DNA of 64,000 nucleotides from Stegostoma tigrinum (GCF_030684315.1 NC_081356.1:15525197-15589196); one strand, 5' to 3'; numbered from the stretch's first letter, positions 13,100-26,264 are shown. Program-made: numbers and translations. The notes: generated from the sequence alone by a model not told the origin.

Positions 13100-15010
13100 T
13101 ACAGATATGGTCATTCCACAGCTTAAAGTCATGGGGACAGAGCAGAGCAGTCAAGAAGAAACAGGTGAGTAGTGCAGCACTCGAAGACTGTATTTCCCTC
13201 TTCCAACTCATTCCATTCTGTAACTGACAAGAATAAATGGTTCCTCTCGAATGTGCAGTGAGTCTAGTCTACAGCACCATGGCTTACTGAACTACAATGG
13301 GGATCAAGGAGAAGATCTGAAATCAATAGAACAGGGAGACAAAGTCAAGCAGCACAATACATAGCGTCCTAGTTGGAGCTAAAAAGGTTTGAACCACATT
13401 ACCAGTAGAAGCAAGGAGTTTGAAGCCTACTCCAGCCAGGGTGGTTTTGGGATCTGCCTCCTTGACTCAATAGTAGCGAAAGCTGCAGTGCTGTGAATCA
13501 AACCTTCCATCAGGCAGAGAACTGAAGAAGTGATTGGGGGAATTCAACAGTTAGCATGATAGACAGATGTTTTGGCTGCCTCATCCCTAAATTTAGGACA
13601 TGACCCTGGTGATAAAGTAAAAGGAAGTAACTAGGCAGCAGCACATTACTTCAAGGGCAAGAATAAAGAAGCCAACAGTCACAGCTCAGATGGAAACTAC
13701 TGACACGGTTAGAAACAAGGAAGAGGTCCTGCAGGCAGAACTTAGGAGCTGGGAGGGAAACTAGTAAACAGTAGCTGAAAAAAGGTAGTCACCTCAGCGT
13801 TACCAGCATCTCTCAAGTGAATACAGAAAAGAGACAGAGCAGACAAATGTGTGGCAGGAGACATCACAGGGGGAAGGCGGGATCTAATTTTCTTGCCAAG
13901 TGATTTGTTAGGGAGGGTTTGAACTCATTTGAAAGGAGAAAGAGAATGAGTGGGTAATGACCAAGGCTTAGATTGATACTAAGTTATTAGGCAAGGTCAA
14001 AATAAGAAGGAATATACAGTTTAAATTAGATTTACTATGAACATATGTGAATGTACTGATGGTGGTAAATAATTGTGAACTGCAGGTGCAAATTGCCACA
14101 GTAATCTGGCTTAAAAAGAAAATGGACAGAATGAAATATTATGGATACAGGGTACTCAGGAAAGATAGAAAAGGAAAAGAGAAAGGGGCAGCACGGTGGC
14201 TCAGTGGTTAGCACTGCAGCTTTATAGCGCCAGGGACCAGGATTCGATTCCAGAACCGGGCGACTGTGTGAGGAGTTTGCACGTTCTCCCCGTGTCTGCG
14301 TGGGTTTCCTCCCACAGTCCAAAGATGTGCAGGCTAGGTGGATCAGCCATGCTAAATTGCCCGAAGTGTTCGGGGTGTGTGGGTTATGGGGGATGGTTCT
14401 GGGTGGGATGCTCCAAGGGTCGGTGTGGTTTTGTTGGGCTGAAGGGCCTGTTTCCACACTGTAGGGAATTTAATCTAATCTAAAATCAGAAGGCAGGATA
14501 ATAATATCGATTAAGGACAACATTACAGCAGTAAGAGATGCTGTCAAAGGCAATCAATTTGGTCAGAGCCAAAACAATATTGAACAGTGTTGAGTGTATA
14601 CTACAGGGCACCAACTAGTGAGATAAGATTTAAGACTTAGAAACACTATAATCAGGGCATTTAATGAGGCTAATATACAGAAGAAATAGTAGTGAAGTGT
14701 AAAGTCAGAGTGAGAGAGGCAAGAATTCTGTGTGTGTATAAGCATGTTTCCAGTGCAACAAAGCTGGTATTTCAGGAAATAATGAAGTATAAATAGGGAA
14801 ACATTCACGTAACAGTGACCATAGCAACATAAGCAGCAATCCAGCATAAGAATAATTAAATCAGCGAAGGTCAATTTCAACAGGGTGTCAAGATTCATTT
14901 GGTGATTAAAGGTGTACAGGGAGGTCAAAATAAAACGGCACAATGCTTAAGGTTAGGCTGGAATCAAACAAGCGGTCAGTCTGGAAGAGAAGATAGTTCG
15001 GGTGAAATCC
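13100..15010 (+). mobile_element. Highly decayed CR1 5' region (ORF1 esterase-like and endonuclease remnants) with a nested SINE
   Basis: Resembles the CR1 ORF1 V-I-G-D-S-x-V region near 13530 and ORF2 start sequence. No open frame remains. Confidence 0.4.
14186..14483 (+). mobile_element. tRNA-derived SINE (HE1/V-SINE type)
   Basis: Head GGGCAGCACGGTGGCTCAGTGGTTAGCAC (A box) and GATTCGATTCC (B box), central GGAGTTTGCACGTTCTCCCCGTGTCTGCGTGGGTTTCC domain, CR1-like tail and (AATCT)n. Confidence 0.9.
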
Positions 15011-15128
15011 ATGCTTGACAAGAGAGAAAGGTAGTGTTGACAAATCCAGATCTCCCTGCTCAAAGAGTTAGACAGCAAGATAAAACAGACAAATAACACA
15101 AAAGTCAACCAGGCTGAACATAAAGTTT

Positions 15129-15158
15129 CTGAAGAAGGGTCTAGACCTGAAACGTCAG
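15129..15158 (+). ncRNA. Minimal hammerhead ribozyme motif in a short Penelope terminal fragment (15127-15208)
   Basis: CTGAAGA-A-GGGT(CTAG)ACCT-GAAA-CG-TC/AG. Core intact, stem I weak. Confidence 0.65.
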
Positions 15159-15742
15159 CTTTCCTGCTCGGTCTGCTGTGTTCATCCAGCTCTACATCTG
15201 GTTATCTCTGAACAAAGTCTGGTGTGATCTGGACAGAGTAAATGATAGAGAAAGGAGGAGACCAGTAAAACCTGCTCTACCATTTCACATGATCATGGCT
15301 GATCAAACACTTCAATGCCTTTTACTCACTATCCCCCTAATTCTTCAAACCAATAATGAAAAATTAACCAACCAGCAATTCAAATATACTCAAGAACTGA
15401 GCTTCCTCAGCCCTCTGGGATGGAAACTGGGATAATTCTTTCCAGTTGGCAGACAAAACAAAAACCAGACGACACCAGTGTAACGTGAATAGCAAAAAGA
15501 ATCAATGGCAACTGGAGAAAATCCTTTCGAAGATAAGCATTTAGGATCTGGAATTCATGATCTGAGCACGCAGTGGAGGTGTATTCAAACAAAACCTTTG
15601 TAAGTGAACTGGACAACAGGAAGTCGCAGGGAGTGGGATCAGGTTAGTTACTCTCAGACTCAACACAAATACAATAGATCAAATGGCTTCTAATGTGCAT
15701 TCATTTCATGATTCTACTTGCATTAGAAGACAAATTCCTTAC

Positions 15743-15978
15743 CTGGTTAATGATATACACTCCATAATCCAGTTGCTGGCGCTGAAGAATTGGATGCAAG
15801 TAATACAACCAATATTTCAAATGCTCAAATCGATTGCGAAAAGGAATAATGATGGCAACTTTCTGAAGAGCTGTACAGTCTATTGGAGCAAATCTGCCTC
15901 CTTCCCTTAACAATGGATTAGTATTTTTCACATCTTCTAGATCAACAGTCTGAGAAAATTCTATTGAAAGTGGTCCCA
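15743..15978 (-). CDS. B4GALT1: B4GALT1(-like) coding exon 2 (236 bp)
   Basis: Reads (M)GPLSIEFSQTVDLEDVKNTNPLLREGGRFAPIDCTALQKVAIIIPFRNRFEHLKYWLYYLHPILQRQQLDYGVYIINQ. Acceptor ttttctctgcag, donor GTAAGG. Phase 1 in and phase 0 out, compatible with exons 1 and 3. Confidence 0.95.
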
Positions 15979-16347
15979 CTGCAGAGAAAACAAAATTCCA
16001 GAATCAGCTCAAAAAGAATATGAACTGCTCAAAGGGGCTTTGAACAGCTTTGAAGCTGAGCCAGTGATAAAATGACTGGCATACTGGTACTTTCAATGAT
16101 CAGTAGCTAGGACTTAAGGGAGATTTTCCTTTCAGCTAGGGAACCCCTACATGTCACTCAGGTGAAGTTTAGCTAAATACAGCAGAATTCATAGAATCAA
16201 GTTAGGAAATCACATCCTGACGTAAAATTATATCCTCCAAACACACAGCTCCTTCATCAGTTCCAGCCTGAAAGAGCATAACCTATCCCAAGACTCAGTT
16301 GGTATCACATGTGCCAGCACCAAAAAATGATGAGCCCCTAACACTTA

Positions 16348-16585
16348 AAAACCAAAAGGACTGCAGATCTGTAAATCAGGAACAAAGACAGAAGTTGCTG
16401 AAAGCTCTGCACGTCTGGCAGCATCTATTAAGAAAAAAAAAAATCACAGTTAAAGTTTTAGGTCTGTGACTCTTCCTCAGAATGGAGGAAGAGTCACCAC
16501 ACCAGAAATGTTAACTGATTTTTTTTTCCTTCACTGATGCTGCCACAGATGTTGAGCTTCCAGCAACTTCTGTCTTTGTCCCTGA
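16348..16585. mobile_element. Penelope-derived fold-back element, second family
   Basis: Inverted arms around GTGACTCTTCCTC-agaatg-GAGGAAGAGTCAC. Flanking AACACTTA on both sides. Confidence 0.8.
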
Positions 16586-16677
16586 CAACACTTACTACAG
16601 TTCAGAAAACTGTTGCACAAACAAATAAATGGTCAACTTTTCAGATCAGGTTCTTCAGCTATGAGCCATTAAATGAG

Positions 16678-16972
16678 GGGCAGCACGGTGGCTCAGTGGT
16701 TAGCACCACAGCCTCACAGCGCCAGGGACCCAGGTTTGATTCCAGATTTGGGTAACTATCTGTGCGGAGTTTGCACATTCTCCCCGTGTCTGCATGGGTT
16801 TCCTCCCACAGTCCAAAGATGTGCAGGCTGGGCAAATCGACATGCTAAATTGCCCACAGTGTTCAGGGTTGTGTGGGTTATAGGGGGATGGGTCTGAGTG
16901 GGATGCTCCAAGGGGCAGTGTGGACTTGTTGGGCCGAAGGGCCTGTTCCCACACTGTAGGGAATCTAATCTA
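16678..16972 (+). mobile_element. tRNA-derived SINE (HE1/V-SINE type)
   Basis: Same head, central domain and tail as the 14186 copy. Confidence 0.9.
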
Positions 16973-17349
16973 AATGAAATCCCTCCTATTTTCACATGAA
17001 ATTGAATTAAATTCTGTGCCACTATTTCAAAAAGAAAAAAGGGGCAAAGGTAAATGCACGAAGTTTTACGGCAGATTTGACTGTTTCAGCAATGAAATAG
17101 TAAACACAAATGGCAACCAGATTTTTAAAAAATAAACAGAACTCTGTTGTGGTCAATTGGTGATTGGAGAAAACAGTAATCCACTCTTTTAATCATCGCC
17201 TGACATTAATATTTATTTCTTGCTGTTTTCTCTAATTTAAGCATTAGCCTTCACAGACAGGTTTTTTAAAAGTTTTGTTTTTTCATTCGTTCATCTTTCC
17301 TCACTGCAAACCATGCAAAATAAATTGCATGAGTTGAAACAGAAAGTTT

Positions 17350-17712
17350 CTAAATTAGCCTTGATAGGTTAGAAGCAGAAAAATTGATCCGAATTGTAGA
17401 GGACTCCAGAATCAGGGATCACGGTTTATGGATAAAGGGTAAACCATTTAGGATTGAAGGGAGAAATTTCATCATCCAGACTTGGTGAGTCTGTGGAACT
17501 CACTATCAAAGAAAGTAGTGGGAACCAAAGCATTGTCCCTTTTCAAGAAAGCAGACATTGATATAGTGGCTAAAGAGATCATGATGGGAGGGGGTTGCGG
17601 AAGACAGGATTAGGGTTTTAAGCTCGATGATCAGCCATGATTGTAGAGAATGACAATGCAAGCTCAAGAGGTCAAATAGCCTACTCTTGCTCCTGTCTTC
17701 TAGGTTTCTGTG
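17350..17712 (+). mobile_element. CR1 3'-end fragment
   Basis: Contains tccagaatcagggatcacggttta...gatcagccatgattg...cctactcttgctcct, typical of CR1 3' ends. Confidence 0.65.
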
Positions 17713-19759
17713 ATGAGAGGCAGATATAAGGCATTAAGTACAATATGGCCAAGCAAAATTACAACCACTTTGAACCTGCGAAAGACAAATCAGAGATACC
17801 ATTATACTTGTCGTGGAGAGAGTGGGACTTTAACCTACGCCTCCTATTTCACAGACAGGGGCATGACCTCTACATCACAAGGGCCCTCAAAGAGCAAACA
17901 TTCACCAAGCTTCAGCAATGCAAGGATAGCATACAGTGTGGCACCTTAAGCACTTAGCCATCCACAGAAACTGTCAATATTTTTAAAATCAAAAGACAAA
18001 ATCAGAATACTGCTTTAAATAGTGAGACATTAAGCACTGCAAAGGGGCATAAAAGATTCAGCGTTTATGTATTCAAAAAGGTCAATGTTAAGTCAGTCTT
18101 CATATCAAGTGGACTAGAGTAGAAAAGTGAGTAAGCAATGTTGTGTCTCATTTGGAGCAGACAACTCATTATTGGGGGGCAGGAAGAATATATACTGGCA
18201 TTGGATGAGGTAAGCTGTTTCAAAGTTATAGCAGGGCCGGTGAAGATGGGACTGCTTAAATTTAGCATCTATTTCTTTTGAGTTCAGATCCCACTAAAAT
18301 GATTAAGGGATTAGATAGATTAGTTAGGAATGCATAATCTTAAAATTACAGGATGGATGTTCAGGAGCTAAATCAGGAAACTGCTTTGCTCAAGGCTCAA
18401 GAAAATATGGAAACTCCTGCCATCCCTTGGAAGTGTCCCTTATTGGGATAAAGGCATTAAATTGATAGTTTTTGAAACTGAGTTTTATGAAGAAGGGACA
18501 TTAAGTGAAACAGTGGAGGTTAGAGTTCACCCATTTTCTAGGAGAACGGTGCAGCAATCTCAAGTGGATGAATAGTTCATTCCTGCTCCCATATTCCATA
18601 AATTGCACCTTAGCCAAAAGTGGCGATGATTTGGTCAGGATCAGCTATTTAGTTGTTGGTTATCCTCCAGCACTTTACTAAAAATAGCAATTATTCAAAC
18701 AGGAATTTGAACAACGAATGCTGATAGATGATCTGACCAACAAAGAAATCTGCAATGCCCAGTCGATTTTCTCCTGCAATGGATGTTTACAATTTGCAGT
18801 ATTAAACTTGGTCACCTCCTGCAAACTCAGCACTAAGCCAATTAAAACATCTGACAAGCTCATTTGCACTGTTGTTGAATATCAATCTTGATTTAAATGG
18901 TTCTTTATAGTTAGTATTGAGGTTTAGTCATTCAAAAACTTCAGTGAACAATCTCTGGGCCACCAAGAAAGTGCTGCAGTGTCAGGAATGCCGTTCAGCC
19001 TGAAATATTAGATCCTTTCAGAAGCGACATCATGAAGCTTTTACAAGTAGAGTGATTTGAAAGGAATGGTGACATGTCTAAATGAGAAGAGTAGGTGAGG
19101 AGGGAGCTTAGTGGTATCCCTACTGTTGTTAGCCTCTCCATTCATAAGTGGTAGGTTCAAAGGATTAAGAAGTGTTAACAAATTGCAAAATTATATGCTG
19201 TAGATGGCAGGACCCAACAATGTGCATTGGCTAGCAGGTTATAAGTAACTAAGTCTTGTTTAATAGGGCTGCCATTTACAACTGCCCATTAGTATCCCTT
19301 TTGAACTGCTGGAACTGCTTATAATTTATCCTAATTAATCATGATTATGTCGCATACGGTGGAAACCCTCTGCAGTGCAAATTTAGCATGATATTGTTTC
19401 CACAAAGATGCTTGTGATGGTCATACCTACAAATAAACAAACAGAGTACCACTGTACCACAATGGCAGAAATGCAGTCTAACAGCTGTCCTGAACTTGAG
19501 CAGCGACTAGTGACAAATATGTTGAACTGAAATTCCCCATCCACAGTATTCTGTACCCATGTCATCCTTATGGTCCATTCAAGTGAGGAGAAGTACTGAT
19601 TCAACAGCTGACAGAAGGCAGTCACTGGAGTTGGCAAGTTTCCTTGTTCTATTTGATCTGATACTGCAAGACTCCCTACGGTTTGGGGTTAGGAAGAATA
19701 AAAGGTGACTTCATTGAGGCATACAAGTTCCTGAAGGACCTTGACACTTGCATGGAAAG

Positions 19760-20140
19760 ATGCTGTCACGAAGAGAGGGTGTGTTAACGGTTACTGAGGC
19801 ATGAACTATTAAAAGGAACAGAACCTTCAAAACACAAAGGGGATAGCAGGCAAAGAGAGCATGCTGGAGCTGGTAAAACACTGTAGTATGATCTGTTGAA
19901 AATGAAGGCTGGTGCACACAAACGATTGGATAGGGAGAATCCTATCAAGGGGTCCTGGGAAGGAAGGGGTGACAGAAGTTCATAAAATGAATATAATAAG
20001 TTGGAGGACCCTCTACACCATGGCAAGTGGTAATTCTCAGCTGACGTAAACAGAAGACATTACAACGAGCAGACATATGTAAAACTGCATCATCAGAACA
20101 GATGCGACAGAGACGAAGAAACTGGGAAACTGGAATGACA
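19760..20140 (-). mobile_element. Old Penelope-like fragment
   Basis: IPVSQFLRLCRICSDD motif. Confidence 0.65.
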
Positions 20141-20159
20141 AGTTCATAAGGCACAGGAG

Positions 20160-21600
20160 CAGAATCAGGCAGGGTGCGCTCCACTATTCAATCGTGGCTG
20201 ATATGTTTTCCAACCCCATTCTCCTGCTTTCTCCCCATGTCCTTACTAAGGAAGAAACTAACTCTGACGTAAGAACTTGGCCTCAACAGCATTCTGTTGC
20301 AAAGTCAATGAGCCCCACTGATTCACTACCCAATGGCTGAAGAAATTCCTCCTTAGCTCTGTTCAAAAGGGTCACCCCCTCACTTTAATGCTGTGCTTTC
20401 GGGCCCCAGTCTCTCCTACTTGTGGAAACAACTTTTCCACATCCATCGAGGGCTCTCAGTATTTTCTAAGTTTCAACAAGATCCCTTCTGATCCTTCTAA
20501 ACTCCACAGTAGACCCAGAGCGCTCAACCACTCCACATACGACAAGCCCTCCATTGCCAGGTTCATTCTTGTAAACCTCCTCTGGGTTATCCTCTAATGC
20601 TAGCACATCCATCCTTAGGTCTCAGACACAAAATTGCTCTCATTTTCCCAAATGCGGTCCTACCAGTACCTTTTACAGCCTCAGCAGTACACTTCTGTTC
20701 TTGTATTCTAGTGTTCTCGAAATGAATGCCAACATTGCATGTGCCCTCTTAACTGCCAACTGAGCCAGCATGTTAACCTTAGGAGAATCTTGAACGAGGA
20801 CTCAGGTGTCCCTTTGTGCTTCAGATTTTCAAAGCCTTTCCCGCTTTAGAAAATAATCTAAGCCTCTATTCTGCCTCAAGTGCATAGCCTCACGCTTTCC
20901 CACATTGTATTCCATCTGCCACTTCTTTGCCCACTCTTGTAGCCCGTCCAAGTCCTTCTGCAGCCTCCCTACTTCCTCAACATGACTTGCCCCTCCACCT
21001 ATGTTTGTATAATCTACAAATTTAGCAACAATGCCACAGTTCTTTTGTCCAGATTGTTAATGTATAACATGAACAGTTATGGTCACAACACTGACCTCTG
21101 TAGAACTTTACTGGTCACTGGCTGCCATTGCAAAAAGACGCCTTTATCCCTACCCTCTGTGAGTCAGCCAATCCTTTATCTACATCAGTAGATCTTCCCT
21201 AATGGGTTCTCATTCTATTTAGCAGCCTTCTGCGTCACCTTGTTAAAGATCTTCTGGAAATCCAAACAGATCACATGCACTGGCTCTCCTTTATCTATCA
21301 TGCTTGTTACCTCTCAAAAGAATTCTAACAGACATGTCATGAATGACCTCCCCTTGATGAGGCTGTGCTGACTCAGCCCTATTTTGTCATGCACTTCCAA
21401 ATCCTCCACAATCTCATCCTTAATAATGGATTCTAAAATCTTACTGACGACTACGGTCAAGCTAACCAGCCTATATTTTTCTGTTTTCTGCCTCCCTCCG
21501 TTCTTAAACATTAGCCATTTTCCAGTCCTGTGACCTGCCCTGACTCCAGCAATTCCTAAAAGATCACTACCAATGCATCTACAATCTCTTCAGAATTCTG
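20160..21600 (-). mobile_element. Degenerate CR1 LINE
   Basis: Minus-strand fragment YRLVSLTVVVSKILESIIKDEI...SQHSLIKGRS, with a CR1-like 3' end near 20160-20220. Confidence 0.8.
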
Positions 21601-21989
21601 CGTGTATGTAGCTTGTCCTGAGGAAAGCTTGCTAAGCAGAAATCCCTTCCAAATAATAGCTATATGCAGGATATGTTCCCAACCAGTAATTTTTACATTA
21701 TAAACCTGCTGACAGCCTTAAATCAAAGCAACTCCAAAACTCACTTCCTGTTAGCCACTTAAGTATCCCAGGCTCCCCTTTCTGCCAATTCTACTCCTCA
21801 ACCTGCACTGTTCTACCCATTTCCTACTCAACTTTCACATAGGGGCAAGCAATGAGCTGGGGAGGCTGAGAGGCAGCAAAGGAAAACAATTGCACATTCT
21901 GAAATCAGAAATTGCTGAGAAACTCAGCGGGTCTGGAAGTATCAGGGAGAAAGTGGTGTTAGTGTTGAGTCCAGTGACCCTTTTTCAGA

Positions 21990-24155
21990 GATAGTGGGAA
22001 CTGCAGATGCTGGAGAATCGGACATAAGGTGTAGAGCTGCATGAACATTGCAGGCCAAGCAACATCAGAGGAGCAGGAAGGCTGACATTTCAGGCCCAGA
22101 CCCTCCTTCAGAAACGGGAGAGCGAAAGTGGGTTCTGAAATAAATAGGGAGAGAGGGGGAGGCAGATAGAGGAGAATATAGGTGGAGAGGAGACAAACAG
22201 ATCAAAGGGGCAGGGATGGAGTTAGTGAAGGTGAGTGTAGGTGGGGAGGTAGGGAGGAGACAGGTCAATCCAGGGAGGACGGACAGTTCAAGGGCGTGGG
22301 TTGAGGTTAGTAGGTAGAAGATGGGAGTGGGGCTTGAGGTGGGAGGATGGGATAGGTGGGAGGAAGGATGGTTAGGAAGGTTGCGGGGGGGGGGGGGGGG
22401 AGAGAGAAGAAGAGGAGAGATGAGCGGGGTTGGTTTTGGGATGCAGTGGGGGAAGGGGAGATTTTGAAGCTTGTGAAGTGCACATTGATATCATTGGGCT
22501 GCAGGGTTCCCAAGCGGAATACGAGTTGCTGTTCCTGCAACACCCCACTGACATCCTCATCCACTTAGCCGAACTCGTCCTCACCCTCAACAACTTCTCT
22601 TTTAATTCCTCCCACTTCCTACAGACAAAGGGTGCGGCCACAGGTATCCGCATAGGCCCAAACTATGCTTGCCTCTTTGTAGGTTACGTGGAACAATTCC
22701 TCTTCTGTACCTACACTGGCGTTAAACCCCACCTCTTCCTCCATTACATTGATGACTGTATCGGCACTGCCTTGTGCTCCCATGAGGAGCTCAAACAGTT
22801 CATCTACATCACTCCAACCCAACCTTAAGTTCACCTGGACCATCTCTAATACCTCTTTCTCCTTCCTGGGCCTCTGTCTCCATCTCTGGCAACCACCTAG
22901 AAACCGACATACATTTCAAGCCCACCCACTCCCACAGTTACCTAGAACACACCTCCCCCCACCAAACTTCCTGCAAAAATGCCATCCCCTATTTGCAATT
23001 CCTTTGCCTCCATCACGTCTGCTTCCAGATGAGGCATTCCACTCCCACACATCTTAGATGTCTTCGTTTTGAGGATGTAACTCACCCCCCACCTCAGTAG
23101 TCGAGAAAGCCTTCGACTGTGTCTCCTGCATTTCCCACAACTCATCACTCACACCCCCTCCCCGTAATAACAACCAAAACAGAATCCCCCTCATCCTCAC
23201 GTACCACCGTATCACCCCAACAACCTCGGGATCCAACACGTCATCCTCCGACACTTCCACCATCTGCAATCCAACACTACCAAAGACATTTTACCCTCGC
23301 TACCCTTATCTGCTTTCCGGAGGGACCAGTCTCTCCAGGACTTCCTTGTCCGCTCCACACTCCCCTCCAGCCCCATCAGACCTGGCACTTTTCACTGCAA
23401 CTGCAGGAAGTGCTACATCTGCCCCTACACCACCACCCCCCACCTCACCCCCATCCCAGACCCAAGACTTTCCACATCAAGCAGATGTTCACCTGTACGT
23501 CTGCTAATGTGGTATTCTGCATCCGCTGCTCCCATTGTGGCCTCTTCTACATTGTGGAAACCAAGCGGAGGCTTGGGGACCGCTTTGCAGACCACCTACA
23601 TTCAGTTCACAACACAAAACAGAATCTCCCAGTTGCAAACCATTTCAACTCCCCCTCCCATTCCTCAGACGACATGTCCATCCTGGGCCTCCTGCACTGC
23701 CACAATGATGCCACCCAAAGGTTGCACGAACAGCAACTCATATTCCGCTTGAGAACCCTGCAGCCCGATGGTATCAATGTCGACTTCGCAAGCTTCAAAA
23801 TCAACCCCCCGACCGCATCCCAAAACCAGCACAGCTTGTTCCCGCCTCCCTAACCTGTCCTTCCTCCCACCTATCCCCTCCTCCTATCTCAACCCCCATC
23901 TCCTACCAACTAACCTCATCCCACCCCCTTGACCTATCTCCTCCCTACCTACACTCACTTTTACTGACTTCATCCCCGCCTCTTTGATCTATCTGTCTCC
24001 TCTCCTCCTATCTTCTCCTCTATCCATCTTCCTCCCCCTCTCTCCACAATTCAGAACCCCCTTCCCCTCCCCCATTTCTGAAGAAGGGTCTAGGCTCAAA
24101 AACATTGCCTTCCTGCTCCTCTGATGTTGCTTGGCCTGCTGCGTTCATCCGGCCG
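21990..24155 (+). mobile_element. Penelope-like element (RT plus GIY-YIG remnants) with an inverted copy of its 3' end and a 14-bp TSD
   Basis: RT remnant QTKGAATG..GPNYACLF..LHYIDD and GIY-YIG remnant FTCTSANVVFCIRCSHCGLFYIVETKRRLGDRFADH. 21990-22541 is the reverse complement of the 3' part. GACCCTTTTTCAGA occurs at 21976-21989 and 24156-24169. Confidence 0.9.
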
Positions 24156-24223
24156 GACCCTTTTTCAGAATGGATCATCAGACCCAAAACATCAAAATTA
24201 GGCTTCTATTCATTGGAGTTTAA

Positions 24224-24495
24224 CACGGTGGCTCAGTGGTTAGCACTGCTGCCTCAGCACCAGGGGCCCAGGGTTGATTCCACCCTCAGGTGACTGTGTG
24301 GAGTTTGTACACATTCTCCCCCTGTCTGTGTGGGTTTCCTCTCACAGTCCAAAGTTGTGCAGGTTAGGTGCACTGGCTATGCCAAATTGCCCACAGTGTT
24401 CAGGGATATGTTGATTAGGGGGATGGGTCTGGGTAGGATCTTCTAAGGGGTGGTGTGGACTTGTTGGGCCTGTTTCCACGCTGTAGGGATTCTAA
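24224..24495 (+). mobile_element. tRNA-derived SINE (HE1/V-SINE type)
   Basis: Same family, slightly 5'-clipped. Confidence 0.88.
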
Positions 24496-25469
24496 TGATC
24501 TAAAAAAAAAGTGTTTTTGTACAGCCGCAGAACCCCTATCGGAGAATCAGGTTCAAGTCCTACGTGCTCTAGGTGTGTAATCATATCTCTGAACAGGATA
24601 TTATAAAACCACCAAAAGAATGAGTCAATCTTCCAGAGACATGAAAGATTCAGACGTGGACAGCAAAGACAGAGAGAGGCTAGAAACTGATAGGGTCCCT
24701 TCAAAAGGAAAACCAAGGGAGGCAGCTTCAAAACAAGCAGTTGCCCAAAATTAAATCAAAAAGTGAGGAAAAATATATTTTCTGAAAGGTTTGCAGGATT
24801 TTATTCTGCCAGAAAGCCACTGGCTCACTGAATACGTTGAAGGCTGAGCGACAGACTTTTAATGAAAAGCACTCAAAGGTTACAAGGGTAGCCAGGCAGA
24901 AAAGTTCGATCAGTTGCAGATGACAGAGAACCTAATGACCTAGTCCTGCTCCTCAGTCTCACGCTCGTTCACAGCCCAGCAAAAAAAAATTCGGGCGGAT
25001 TTTGCAAGGAAATAGAGACGTTACAGCGTAGTCTCGTCAGCTTCTCTCCATTATCCTGTCTGCAGGTCCTGTCAGCTCCTGCTGGGGTTCTCCAAAGCTT
25101 CCCCTTAAAAGGTGATTTAAGTTTCACTGCCAGTTGGGAGACGGTGAACAGCTCAGGGAGCGGGTCACATTTAGAATCGGGGAGGGTCGGGACGGGAAAG
25201 ATATGGGATGGGGCAAGGGGGAAAATAAAAGAGAAGGCGATTTGGAGTTGGACGATGAAGGGACTGGATTTTAAAAGAGGGGCTGTTGGTTACGAACCCC
25301 GTTGGTGCTTTAAGAGGAGAATGGGTGAAGTGAAGGTACATTTTTAAGACTCAGCTGACTGGACGTCTGAAACCCAAACGTTAACAAAATAACAGGACTG
25401 ACACAGAACTGTAACGTTAGAAAAAAAACCCCAGCAGCTGCAGGAAATAACCGCTAGGTCTGTAAATCC

Positions 25470-26260
25470 AGCTGCGTTATTCGGTTCTTTCCCTCGGGGG
25501 GTCGACAAATAAGAAGAGGCGGCTCGCGGAAATAAATAGAAAATTAAACAGCAACCGTCCACCCCCTCCCCTCGAGGCCGCTTACTCAGATGCGGTGAAG
25601 TGTCCGGACACGGCTGCAACGGCAGGCGAGGGGGAGACGGGGACTCGACGCTGCCATTGGCGTTTGTGGTGTTGGGGACCGGGCCCGCCGCTGTGCCGAT
25701 CCCGTCCGCCACCAGGAAGCTGCCGAAGCGCCGCACCATCTGCCCGCTGTAGACGTGTATGTCCAGGTAGTAGAGCAGAGTGACGGCGAGGTGAATCCCG
25801 CTCAGCACCATCACCGCCAGGCACGTCACGTGGAGCCCACGGCCCGGCATCACCGAGCTCAGCGCCATGCTTTGCCAAGCACCACCACCGTCCGCGTACT
25901 GGCGGCTCCGCTCCCCGTCGGGGAAGCCTCCAACGACGGCTCGGAAGCCAACCCGGAGGAGGGGGGGGGGGGGGTTGGGCCCGCGAGATAAACCAATCAG
26001 AGACGGACCACGTGCCGGGTGGGTTCGCCAAACCAATCAGAGCCGCGCCAGCTCGGGAAGCCTATCAGAACCGGGATGGTTTGGTTGAGGGGGGGGGTTC
26101 GCCAATCAGAGCTAGGCCTTTTCGGAATACCGGGCCATTCAGGTCCTTCGGACTAGAGCCAATCAGAACCTGCTATCTTCGAACATTAGCCAATCAGAAC
26201 CGGGTCCGCTGGTAGAGAAAATTGGTGCGGTGTTCGTGGGAAGGCTGACCGGATCTGAAA
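25470..26260 (-). promoter_or_regulatory. CpG-island promoter of B4GALT1(-like) with clustered CCAAT boxes
   Basis: High CpG density against a CpG-poor background. CCAATCAG starts at 25993, 26033, 26102, 26159 and 26190, with a variant CCTATCAG at 26061. E-box CACGTG at 26009-26014. Confidence 0.75.
25586..25868 (-). CDS. B4GALT1: B4GALT1(-like) coding exon 1 (cytoplasmic tail, type II transmembrane anchor, stem)
   Basis: Reads MALSSVMPGRGLHVTCLAVMVLSGIHLAVTLLYYLD...PLQPCPDTSPHL. The hydrophobic anchor with H-L-x-V-T-L-x-Y-Y-L resembles the B4GALT1 TM segment. Donor GTAAGC at 25585, phase 1. Lies in a CpG-rich island. Confidence 0.9.
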
Positions 26261-26264
26261 CTTT

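Noticed and set aside
14186-14255. tRNA-like sequences at SINE heads (also 16678, 24224, 31829, 44524)
   Set aside because: Each continues into a SINE body and LINE-like tail, so they are not tRNA genes.
25344-26036. 230-aa ORF taken as the galactosyltransferase N-terminus
   Set aside because: It starts at a TTG inside a CCAAT box and runs past the splice donor. The supported exon is 25868-25586.
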